DNA of 62,962 nt, filler included, from Platydemus manokwari (Eukaryota): assembly GCA_037951405.1 (NCBI GenBank). It is 5 parts of 5 records of this genome, joined end to end, with 100 filler letters (N's around TTAATTAATTAA, not from the genome) between each part and the next. Parts side by side here need not be neighbours in the genome. Positions count along the whole stretch, not along the records: positions 1 to 14,758 come from JBBMOY011398090.1; positions 14,859 to 32,565 come from JBBMOY010888866.1; 3 more parts are not named here. The stretch is one strand, 5' to 3'. Shown here one piece after another: positions 12,327-23,188 of this stretch. Positions within the stretch are counted from its first letter, which is position 1; each line of letters starts with the position of its first letter. Both the position numbers and the translations under genes were made by a program. The notes beneath the pieces are model-generated. The model was not told the DNA's origin. It did no database searches and worked only from the letters and a program-made list of their open reading frames with translations.

Positions 12327-14412
12327 TTATTTTATATCCAGCAAATCTTTGCACACCTCTTTGACAGCTCCTTTCATGAGAACTTTCATATGTTGCAAAG
12401 CGAAAATGTTTGTTGACTGAACGATTGGTGCAATAACGGTTTTCTTTAATGTTCTACTAATATCGACATGGATAGGATTGTCCAATGATGCAATGAACGG
12501 AAATAATCGCTGAGGAACAGAAATTATCACACGGCACCAACTTTCTTTGTCTTGAGGTCGAAGAAGCACTTCGAAAACTTTTCCAATTTCACTGATAAGA
12601 TCATGCAATTCAAGTCGTTGATCAGTGGATAGATTTCGATCTGGGTTATGCATTGAAATAGGAATAATTGGTTTAAAACGAAAATCTACTTGTTGTCGAA
12701 TGATATAAGACACCCTCTAAACAACTGATCAACATTTCCATGATCCAAAATGGATTGGTTAAAATCTTCGGTCTCATTACCGATTGAAATGCCATAATGA
12801 CCGATAAATATTCCATGATGATAGATTTAAACTTATCCGATTCCTGAATATGGGAATGAAATGCTTTGAAATAATAAACATGAACGACAAGCTACATTCA
12901 AAGGCATAGCAGAACTAAATATTTCGTTGTAAATGAAATACTTATGTAATTTACTCGATAAATCGATTTTCAATTTTAAAACAAATGCATTTCTACTATT
13001 GACATTAATAATTAGTATATTTAATAATTCATGCATATGTTTTGTTATTAAAAACAAATTTATATATAAACTAATCAATTTGAAATTGAAATATTTTGAT
13101 ATATAATACTTATAATAATAAGTAAATTATAATATCAATTTTGATAAAACAATATCGAATTTTAATAGATTAGTCATTTAAAATTACCTTTAAATCCAAG
13201 GAAATGAGAGGCCAAAAATAAAAATCATGACGAATCTCGTGAGTCAATTTCATTTTCAAACATATTGTCCAAAGTTTTAATAAGCTTATATAAATATCAT
13301 CGTAGGTAGATTTCTCGGCCGTTGGATCATTGTATAAACATTTCTGTGAACTCAAAACGATTTCTGGTGTTAATTTCAAAGCTTCGATTACTTGTCTTTT
13401 GATCGATTCTGAAGTACCTGATGAATTCTGGATCAATTCGTTCAATTTGTCAAGGATTTGTGGGAAATTTCTCATTGTCAAATCATGTCTAATATCATTA
13501 ATTTCATATTCAAGTCTTGGTTTTTTACAATTTTCCATTTCAATATCTACGATTGGTCGCTTAAGGTTTGTAGAATCAGACTTTATTTCCTTGATAAATG
13601 AATGTCTTAAAGACTTTTTCTTAATAAAACCGTAAAAACTGGAAATTAAAAGTTGTTCAAATGGTTTCATTGCATTTATAGAAACTATTTCTAATGGTTT
13701 CGAAATTTTCTTATATAAATATAACAAAGAATTAGATATATGATTGTCTTGTTTTTTAAAAATTTCCGGCATAATAATATTTTCTAGATCTTTATAATCG
13801 TTCCACTGAAGCCACAGTTGAAACTGTTTTATTACTACTGAACAAAAAATGAATATATGAGCACTATTATCACTAATTTTGGATTTTGAAGAAATTTTCG
13901 CCAGAATTTTTTCGTTCAACATATTTATAGAAGTATTTATTTCCACCATTTCTTTACTCATTTTATTATGATCACGGTATCCAAATAGCAGTAAGCAATA
14001 AATGAATACTGATAAGCTTTTAATCTTGGACTGATTATCAACATTGTCTAGATCTTCACTTATTTTTGTAGAAAAAAATTTTAAAAGTTTAGATCTTTGT
14101 ACGATTTGGACATTATAACATATATCTTTAATGTCAGATATAATGTTCATAACTGATGTCTCATTTTCAATTTTATCTAATGACGTTAAGATTTTTATTA
14201 TTTTTTCAAGAGCATTTTCCAAAACAACTATTTGCCTTAAATCATCATATAACCAGAAACGAGTAATCTCTAGATTATTAGTGAGATCTGATGGATTCTT
14301 CGTCATATCTAATATAAAGCTAATCAAGCATTATTTTCTATTTAATCATACCTTAAAACATAAATCGAATATATTAAGCATTTAATATTAAAACAAACTT
14401 TAAGTATGACAT
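12327..14412 (-). CDS. Multi-exon gene, probable URB2/Npa2-domain ribosome biogenesis protein (5' end uncertain)
   Basis: A 385-aa ORF (13170-14327) plus downstream exons joined by ~50-nt GT-AG introns give ...KLHNLSFMFIISKH...HFNRCLEGVLYH...EIGKVFEVL...PIHVDISRTLKKTVIAPIVQSTNIFALQHMKVLMKGAVKEVCKDLL*. This is collinear with the remembered URB2 C-terminus (RLHNVLFSILQCH..SFNRL..IYLILDL..VQFLRASL..RDIFKELY). The splice junction at 13080-13190 and the start codon are unresolved. Confidence 0.5.
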
Positions 14413-14677
14413 TGAAATTTTAATTCAAATTAAAATTACAGTTTACTTTATGTTAGATTTGTCAAAATTAATGTTATAAAATATAGGAATTTTCTCATCT
14501 TAGTAAGTACGTACTTAAAATAAATCAAAGTTAAAGCAATAATTAAAATTTGTTCACATGTTATGCGAAAATCAGTAACTAGCTGTAGTGTCAAAATTTG
14601 CTCATAAGTTTTCAAATTTTCTGATTATTTTATCAATCCTTTAATTAATTAATTATTTTATGTGTAATGGTTTAGGT

Positions 14678-14758
14678 CAGCGGTCTCCAAAGTACGGCCC
14701 GCCAAGCTTACTATGAAACACACGAACATTATGACAAAATTAAGTGATACACATATTT
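14678..14758 (+). mobile_element. Left end of a hAT (Buster/Charlie-type) element running into an assembly gap
   Basis: CAGCGGTCTCCAAAGTACGGCCCGC terminus preceded by the 8-mer GTTTAGGT, which fits the nnnTAnnn target consensus. Confidence 0.6.
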
Positions 14759-14858
14759 NNNNNNNNNNNNNNNNNNNNNNNNNNNNNNNNNNNNNNNNNN
14801 NNTTAATTAATTAANNNNNNNNNNNNNNNNNNNNNNNNNNNNNNNNNNNNNNNNNNNN
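14759..14858. other. Artificial scaffolding gap with six-frame stop linker
   Basis: 44 N + TTAATTAATTAA + 44 N = 100 nt. Confidence 0.97.
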
Positions 14859-14995
14859 TTTTTTGAAGATTGGTGTTTATTCTGTGTTTATTTATTATCT
14901 TACAGTAAAAATGAAAATTAAGATAAGACTTTATAAACTAATATTGTCTATTTAGCATATATTTGCATAATTTGTTTTAATAATCTTTCATACTT

Positions 14996-17617
14996 ATGAC
15001 TCCATCCAAAAGAATAAAATTAGATACAGTCGTTAGTGAAGAAGAATGTAGAACTTTTATAAATGAACTTGAATCTCTAAATAAATCTGAAAATTTTTCT
15101 GAAGTTAAAAGTTTTATTATCTTTGGTAATTCTTTGTACCCTAATGACTTTCAAATGAAGGTACCGTAATAAAATAATAAAATCTTCTTACTGTTATTCA
15201 GTTCGCAGGTTACGAATACATAAAAATGAATAAAGATTATAAAATGGCTGCAAATCTTTTAAACGAAATGTTAGCTTACATTAATTATTGAAATAATTAT
15301 CATGATATAGGTACACAAAATTTCCAAATGATTTATACGGTGAGTTGGAAAAAATATTAGATGATGTTAAATTAGCGGAAACAACTCCAAATAAAGGTAT
15401 TTCTGATGATTTCTATGTTATTTTGATTGTTAATTCAACAATCTTGTAGAAATATTTTATTGTTTACACGCTCAAGTTCAATATGATATTTTACGAAAGT
15501 TTTGTCAGACATTAGATACACCTTATGATCAGGTGGTTTTGTTATTGGAAATTATTAAAGCAATGTCTAACAACATTAATTCATCTGGCACGAACAAATA
15601 TTATCACTTACTAGCATCGGAAATTATTCATTTAGTAAATCTGTTATCCGAAGCAGAAACTGACTGGAAGAAGAATGTTAAAGTCATCAAGAACAATATG
15701 GATCCAATTTTGAATTTTTATCGTTTTCAATTGGCTACAGAAGTACTGCCCATCGTTCATAAAGCACCAAAAGGTGTGTTGGATATAATTGATAAACGAA
15801 AATTGACAGATATTGTTATGCGCTCTTTGCAATTTTACCTGGCTTACGCTGGTTTCGTGCCCGACGTCCCTTCTGAAATGCCCTCGGATAGTGAAGGATT
15901 TATTGTTTTGAAAATAAATAGTAAGCCTATGATTTATTCTTAATATTATCTTAGTGGCATCATTGGATGTGATTGGTGATTGATTTTCAATAACAATTTT
16001 TTACAGCTAAAGAATTCACTACAGCAAATAACGAATTCACTCTCACTGATATTTGGACGAAATTGAAATGCTTATTGTCAATGGCGGGCGATTTATTGAA
16101 ATGGCATGGTTCAATGACATCATTCGGTCATCGTTCACATCAACCGACCGTTGTGTATGAGAATTTGTCCACGAATTCCTATTGTATGCAAGTAAAAGCG
16201 CTTTTAGATTATGCAGCACCCACAACGGGAAACAAACAGTTGATGTTGATCCAACAAATCGGATGTGTCGTTTGGGTCGGTCTGGCAGAACTGATAATGA
16301 ATTATTTGCGTCTCACTAAGCCCTATCTCTGGTTTGCTGGTAACCAAGATTTGAAATATTTGGGCAGTGTATTTTTATTTTGCAAGGGTGAAGCCACTGG
16401 GCGATTGGTTAATTATCAGAGAAACTCTAAACGCATGAGACAGATCCATCAGGCATTTTCCATAGCAACGAAATTGTATGCCACTGTTCCGATAAAAGAA
16501 TGGGATAAAATCAGTGAAAAGGTGTTTTTAAGTTTTTACTGACTGAATCTTTTATTGATTTTAACTCTTTATTGATTTCATATTTTATTATTATCAATGT
16601 TCCGGTAAAAGAGTCAATTTAAAATTTATTGATTTTATACTTTAAAATTAATTCCTCAATTGGAAATTTAATAAGTTGATATTAAAATTGTACTGAAAAT
16701 CACACCGAATTCGATTGGTGTTGCCATGACAACCAAAATCTAAAAATAACTTGATTCCTGGTTGTCATAGGAACATATATCGTACTTTTAATCACTCACA
16801 ATAATATGTAGAATTCACGACATAATTAATTTTCATTTTAATGTGGACACTCTTTTAGGTCGAACCATTTATCCGATCACAATCATGGGCTTTCGACAGC
16901 ATGTTCTTTCTTGATCTTGCTTTACTCCGCGGACCTCTGGTAAAAAGTAAAACCTACTTGAAAGATCCCCGACTAAAAAGCATTTACCCCAAACCGTATC
17001 GGGATCTACTGTATGCCAGTATCAATCAGTGCAATCGAGATAAAAATAAGAAAACTCTCAAAAATCTGATTGACATTTTGAATATTTGTTCATCAAAATT
17101 GAACGAGAATTTCAAAGACTGCTTCGAAGAATTACCTGAAATGGTGACGGGTTATACATATCTGATCGAATTCAATGCGAATAACATTCTCATGTTGATT
17201 GTCCACTTTCTCCACGGTTGGCTGACGAGTGTGGCCATTGCTCGAAATCCTCTGGCTCCCACAGCAGCCGGGTTTCTGTTGGTTCTGCTTCAAATCAAAA
17301 ATAACAATTTCAAATCTCTCGTCAGTCAGAATTGTTTCATTCTTGTACAGGAAGGAGTCGGATCGATTTCGATGAAATTTTTCGATTTTATCATTTCTGT
17401 GGAAATCATTGAGGAAATCATTTCCCAGATTCGAATCTTTGAGCGCACAAATACCAACCAGATCGATGAGGATAAAATCAATTTCATTAAATTACTCAAA
17501 CAGAGCTGCATCGATCGTGTCGAATCAGAATCGTTTTATAAATCCAAATCCATTGAGATATTGATTTTGGATTTCATTAAAAGTTGTAAAAATAATTTGA
17601 TTAGCTGTATTGGATAA
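14996..17617 (+). CDS. INTS10: Integrator complex subunit 10, ~7 exons
   Basis: ATG at 14996. Introns at 15161-15201, ~15270-15310, ~15397-15449, 15921-15954, 15976-16006 and 16522-16858 keep the frame. Motifs SLYPNDF, ANLLNEMYTKFP, VQYDIL, LSEAET, NFYRFQLATEVLP, QFYLAY, LVLLQ and FFDFIISVEIIEE align in order with remembered INTS10 (SLYPADF, LLEAET, NCFRKLFVCDVLP, FFNYVTNIDMLEE). Confidence 0.88.
16714..16774. promoter_or_regulatory. Two RFX X-box-like motifs plus an adjacent inverted CCAAT box in the long INTS10 intron
   Basis: GTTGCCATGACAAC (16720-16733) and GTTGTCATAGGAAC (16761-16774) both fit RTHNYY-WT-RRNRAC. ATTGG lies at 16714-16718. Confidence 0.5.
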
Positions 17618-17899
17618 TAAATATATTTCTTTTCGTTTATTGATAGAATGTTCAATTTGTGAGGATTGTGATTAATCGATGAATGACGTCATCGGGTTGT
17701 ATTTGTTTAATATTGAATGATTTTGTTAACTTCATAATTTAAAAATTTGTGAAATAACCGCACACTTTCTGTGATATATATTAATTATTTGTCTGTAAAA
17801 CTATTTATCAATTATTGAAACACAAACTTATTCCAATCTAAATGACAAAGAAATCAATATAAACTAAGAGTCAATATAAATCCTGAAAGTACTACTACA

Positions 17900-18270
17900 T
17901 AATATATATCGATAAGAAATGTCAATTCATAGAATCAAATCTTCGAGTGGACCTGCAAATGGTTAATGAAAGGATGTCGACAATTATGCTAATTGATGTA
18001 AAATGCCCAATGGACAAGCCGAAACTGATCGAGGAAACCAATTGGAAAAACCTAGAAAAATATGCAAATTTTCGAAAAGACCGAATTACATCGTTGAACT
18101 CCACACATTATTCGTAGGAGTTCTCGCCAAAGTCAAATGATAAAAATCTAAAAAAACTCGGACTGGTACAACAATCAATTTACAAAATTCCATCAAGCTG
18201 AATATTCATTAATCGTTTCTCCAACAGCAATTCCATACAAAACAAAGGAACGTGGAGAACCTTCATCCAA
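17900..18270 (+). mobile_element. 5'-truncated RLE-type non-LTR retrotransposon relic (endonuclease only), not in the ORF track
   Basis: Hand translation gives NLRVDLQMVNERMSTIMLIDVKCPMDKPKLIEETNWKNLEKY, then a frameshift to YIVELHTLFVGVL..NDKNLKKLGL. Collinear with the RLE at 700-1000. Confidence 0.8.
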
Positions 18271-18510
18271 TAAAAATTCAAGTTACATAGACAATGAATC
18301 TGAAGACTATTTATTCGACAATTAACCGGTCGTAGCAATTTATAATCGAGAAGCTTATGTGATAATAGAACCAATCGAAAGAGAGATCATATCATTATAA
18401 ATTAGGTTTTACCAGATTAAATATTATTGAATTCAATTCATATACGATTCCAGAATTATATTAAACATTAAGATTGAAAATAAACTAGGAAAATAATCAG
18501 CCGTCAACAT

Positions 18511-18965
18511 CATAGATTTCCAAAGTGGGCGCTGCAAGGATCCAGAGGATCAGTGGTGATTGCAAGCTCATTTGGAGGCGATAATACTATAAGAATGTAA
18601 GAAAATAATGATTAAAAATTTTGATGCATCTCGTTTGCTCAAAACGCTTAATTTGTCTTTAAACAACGTACTGTACGTTCCCACTAATTTTTATTGAAGT
18701 ATGCGTAATCGCGCACTCAATGCTACTGCTTGTGCGCCTTGTCGCTATTCTAAGTGCAATAAATATGTTCTTACTTTCAAAATGCATTGTTTCTACCTAA
18801 TTTATATCTTTTTAATATATTTAATGAAAAAATACTAACATTAAGGTTTTTTTTTATAAATTGTTACTAAAAGTTTAAAAAAATTGGTGTGGGTTAGTTT
18901 GGGGGCGCTAAGTAATATTTATTCTGAAAAGGGGGAAGTACGCCCGAAAAATTTGGGAATCACTG
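18511..18965 (+). mobile_element. Non-autonomous hAT element (MITE), ~455 bp
   Basis: Right end TTTGGGAATCACTG and degenerate left end CATAGATTTCCAAAGTGGGCGCT, with subterminal GGGGGCGCT motifs. No TSD preserved. Confidence 0.7.
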
Positions 18966-19069
18966 ATTTTAATTAAGGTCAATTTTTTAAATTATAAAGG
19001 TCAAATCAAATTTTAATATTTCGCTGTGAATTGGAATTATGAGGATGACAGATGATAAGCAAACAAATC

Positions 19070-19778
19070 CGGGCCGGATAGCGACTGTCAATAGAGCGAC
19101 TTCACAATAGCGATTTTAATAAAACAGGGATGTTACAATAGCCCCCGAATTATAATGGGGACCGTAACATTAGCGACTTCATTATCATTATCAACTTCAT
19201 TATCTACTCGCAAGGTCCATGCTTATGTGTTAATTGCTTGTGTTTTCGAATTGGTACCTGCGTGTTTAGTTGTATTACTTTTTTAGATAAATTTAGAATA
19301 AAATATACTCAAAAGGTCGCATAAATTATGATAGATAGTTAATTTTTACTTGTTCGTGTTTATATGTTTGTGTTCACTTTGTGAGATAAGTTCAATAGAG
19401 TGTTTAATTTTTTTTCTTATTAACGATGACGACACAATTTTTTCAAATTTTTTCTCTCTCTCTCTCATTTTTATTGCTGTTATGGACGTGTTTCTTCTCC
19501 TTTCGTTAAGATACATGGTCTCGCTCCAATATTTGTAGATACCTCAAAACTTAAATCTTTTCGATTTTGTTTTATACAGTATTCAGAAATACCTTATTTA
19601 TTGGCAATTTGTATATTGCTATAACCATCATTTACTAATCCGGTCAGTTCACTTAAATCAAAATTTGTCAATATGTCACTATTATGACAATAGCTTGTAT
19701 AATACAATGTGTCAGACACAGTTTTATTAAAATAGCTATTGTGAAGTCGCTCTATTGACAGTCACTATTCGGAATCCG
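19070..19778. mobile_element. MITE with ~56-bp terminal inverted repeats (Mutator-like by TIR length)
   Basis: 19078-19125 ATAGCGACTGTCAATAGAGCGACTTCACAATAGCGATTTTAATAAAAC is the near-perfect reverse complement of 19721-19768. Noncoding interior. TSD not evident. Confidence 0.8.
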
Positions 19779-22700
19779 AGCCTTAAATTATATACAAAGA
19801 TATTTTATAGGGTGCTTATATAAAGAACACCGTACATAAATGTTTTATATGATTTTATAATCTTGATCAAAAACCTGCAATCACAAGATATCGATCTTTC
19901 AGGAATCGACGATGCTGAGAGTATTAAACAGAATTATTAGTTGATGTCAATACTAGCTTTTCGTGTGATAAATTTGAAAACAAACTCATACATTCAGATA
20001 TTATTTCCAAGGAAAAGGTAATATTAGATTTATGGTGATTTATAGCCATTTCTGACAAAGAGATTTCTTGCAAAAACTTCTTAAAATTTTGTGACTAAAA
20101 TTGTTGTTAACCTGCTACAGAAAACACTAATAGAAACAGCACCAATAAATCCCACCATTCCATTACAATCCTCGAGAAATGAAGGAATAAAATCAATTGA
20201 TGTTTATAAAACTATCTTACAATATATTTTCATTTCTTCTTTTTATAATTTTGGAATTTTCCTTTCTCATTAATCAATGACATACAAATCATTCATGTTT
20301 CAATTTTAGATTCTATGAAGTGTTTCTTAAATAATGAGGTAAATGTAATGTTCGAGTATAAATTAACGTGTGAAACCTTGGTTTTCATGATTTCTCATAA
20401 CCAAAAATATTTACACTTATACAAGCATCTTTACTCACCAATCAAATCACGATAAAGTGAAAGTATCAACTCGTCACATTTCATGAGAATACAATTAAGT
20501 ACAGCGATTATCCAATCCTAGTCTTTAACCATCACTAACCTCAATAAACATTCTGATTGAACTATCACGACTCAGAGCTTTAAATATAAAATGAATTACA
20601 TTATTATCAGTGAGAAACATGGAAATGTTTTATTTGGGACGATTTATTATTGGTAGTTGAAAAATATAAAATTTCTTTGATTTTTTATGCCCATTATGTG
20701 CACGGCTTTATTCTGAGTCTCAGTTAGAAGTATGGATTCTGACCTCATCGGTTGTTACTAGGTTATAATAAAAAATATTGTGTTTACATGTTCTACAAAA
20801 AATTGATTGAAAAAAATGGAAATATTAGATCATTAAAATAAATTATTTCGGAAACTACACTTTCAATTATAAATTTCTTAAATAATATTTATAGTTCATA
20901 TCTTCTATGAACTTTAAATCATCAATAACTTTCAGTCAAAATAGTTTCTCTCCGAACGTTACCAAACTTGGTCAATCTAATCTTTCCTATAATCAAAGTA
21001 AAATATGTTCTTATTTACCATGGGTTATTAGCAAATTATTTATGTTAGGGTCTATTTTCAAATGTTTTGATAAAATAGATCAGAATAACTTGAATAGTTT
21101 ATAATTATTAATGATTTGATTTATTAATCTGACCCCAATAAATTGTTAATTAAATAAGAATAGATTAAATAAAATATTTTGTATAATACATTTAATACAA
21201 ATTCGAATACAATTAGTGATTATAAGGCGGAATTAGTGAAATTTGTATTATACAGGGTTCTGTTGTTAAGTCTCCGGTACTTTATCCGTAAGAGCTCACA
21301 TTGCTGAATAGCTTACTGGTGGTTGAACTTATTAGTGCAGGCAATCAGTCTTATTTGTTTAATGTTTTTTGCTTATAGATTTTTAAGCTTAAATTAGAAG
21401 AACGGTTGGACTAAGTCCAATCCATTTACATTAAGTTGCATCATAACAGAGTGCTAAAATTAAATCAAAAGATAAAAATTTAAATAAATATTTGAGTGGC
21501 AAAATAATTCTTTCCTCAACTGTTGATTGATATTTATAATTTTTCACAAGATTACGAAGATATTGATTATTAATTATTCCAACTGAAATTATCGATTTCG
21601 AAATATAATTCGTGAGTAAAAATAAGCGTTTTGGGAGTTTGAATGTCCAGTCATTATTTTATTGTTTTTTTATATTTTCTTGGTAAATTTAAATTGCCTT
21701 TTCGCATTGCTATTTTTCCCTTTTTTATAATTTTCTTTAATTTATTTTTGTATTTGTTGTTTATTTTTTATTTTCTTTAATTATTGTTTCTTTTTTAAGA
21801 TATTATTATTTTGTTGTGCTGTTTTTATATTTTTTAAAATCCTATTTTCATATTTTGTTTCATTTCCACACAATTTCCAAAAGAATTTGTCCTTTGATTA
21901 TCCATTTTAATTACAGCGGTGTTTGGTGCCCAACATTTCGTTTAACGACAATAAAGGATTTTAAAATCCGTCAACATAAAATTGGATAATATCGATTGGC
22001 AGTTTTAGTCCGACTATTGAAGTTCGAGGTTTAGTAAAGATTATATTTAAAGTAAAATGTTTAAATTTATTTATTATATTTACTTTTTAAATGATTTGTA
22101 TTAAGTTTTTAGAAATCTCCGCAAATACGATCACAAAATCTATAGCAACACCGCTTACTGTTTTATATAAATATTTATATTCTCTAAAAGATTTATAACT
22201 GTTTACGACCTGATCAAACTAAATAATACAAATTATTTCATGAAAACAAAATAACATAATTGATCGTAGATTGAGTTTGCGGAAAAAATTATCTTTCATC
22301 TATATTATTATATTTGTATATAAGGATGATTTTAAATTTTCATACGTTATTGTTTATACATTTTAATTATGTATATCTCATAAATAGATCAGAAAGATAA
22401 CTGATGGAGTTACATTGAAAACGATATTTATTTCGATTTGGTTTCGAAATTTGAAATATATTTTTCATAATCGGATTTATTTTATAATTAAAAAGAGATG
22501 ATAAATAAGCATGTTGTTGATTTGTCGATTAAAGACGTATTTATTCGTTGAGAAATATTGGATAGAAGTTTATAAAATTATCATTTGTAAATCACATTTT
22601 TAACGCAGTATATATATTCAGAACTCACCGTTCTCAAACTGTGATCTTGTGTATTGAACAAGATCATTTATTATTAAATCGTATTTTATACAAACTAATG

Positions 22701-23044
22701 ATTTGTTAGAATCACTTGAAAAAAGCTTCATTTTTATAGTTGGCAGTTTTCAAGGATTTCCCGAGATATTTTACAAATAAATCTCAAATCGCTCACAGTT
22801 GAGAAATTCCATTTATTTATTGGTTTGAAATCTCTGTTTTAATTGAAACACCGGTAAGCAAATATATAAAACAAATTCTGCTGAACGGGCTTTATCTCCA
22901 TTTCTGACTCATTCGTTCGACTCACGATATCAATGGATTGATAGCAGACAAAATTATTTATAATGGCATTATTTTAATAAATTATCTTAATAAAATGGAA
23001 ATTCTCGATTAAAGAAGCATGAAAATTATTGAATTTAAATGATA

Positions 23045-23188
23045 NNNNNNNNNNNNNNNNNNNNNNNNNNNNNNNNNNNNNNNNNNNNNNNNNNNNNNNN
23101 NNNNNNNNNNNNNNNNNNNNNNNNNNNNNNNNNNNNNNNNNNNNNNNNNNNNNNNNNNNNNNNNNNNNNNNNNNNNNNNNNNNNNNNN
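23045..23188. other. Assembly gap (144 N)
   Basis: Run of N without the linker. Confidence 0.98.

Noticed and set aside
13330-14385. Plus-strand ORFs of 101 and 84 aa
   Set aside because: Antisense shadows of the 385-aa exon, with no motifs.
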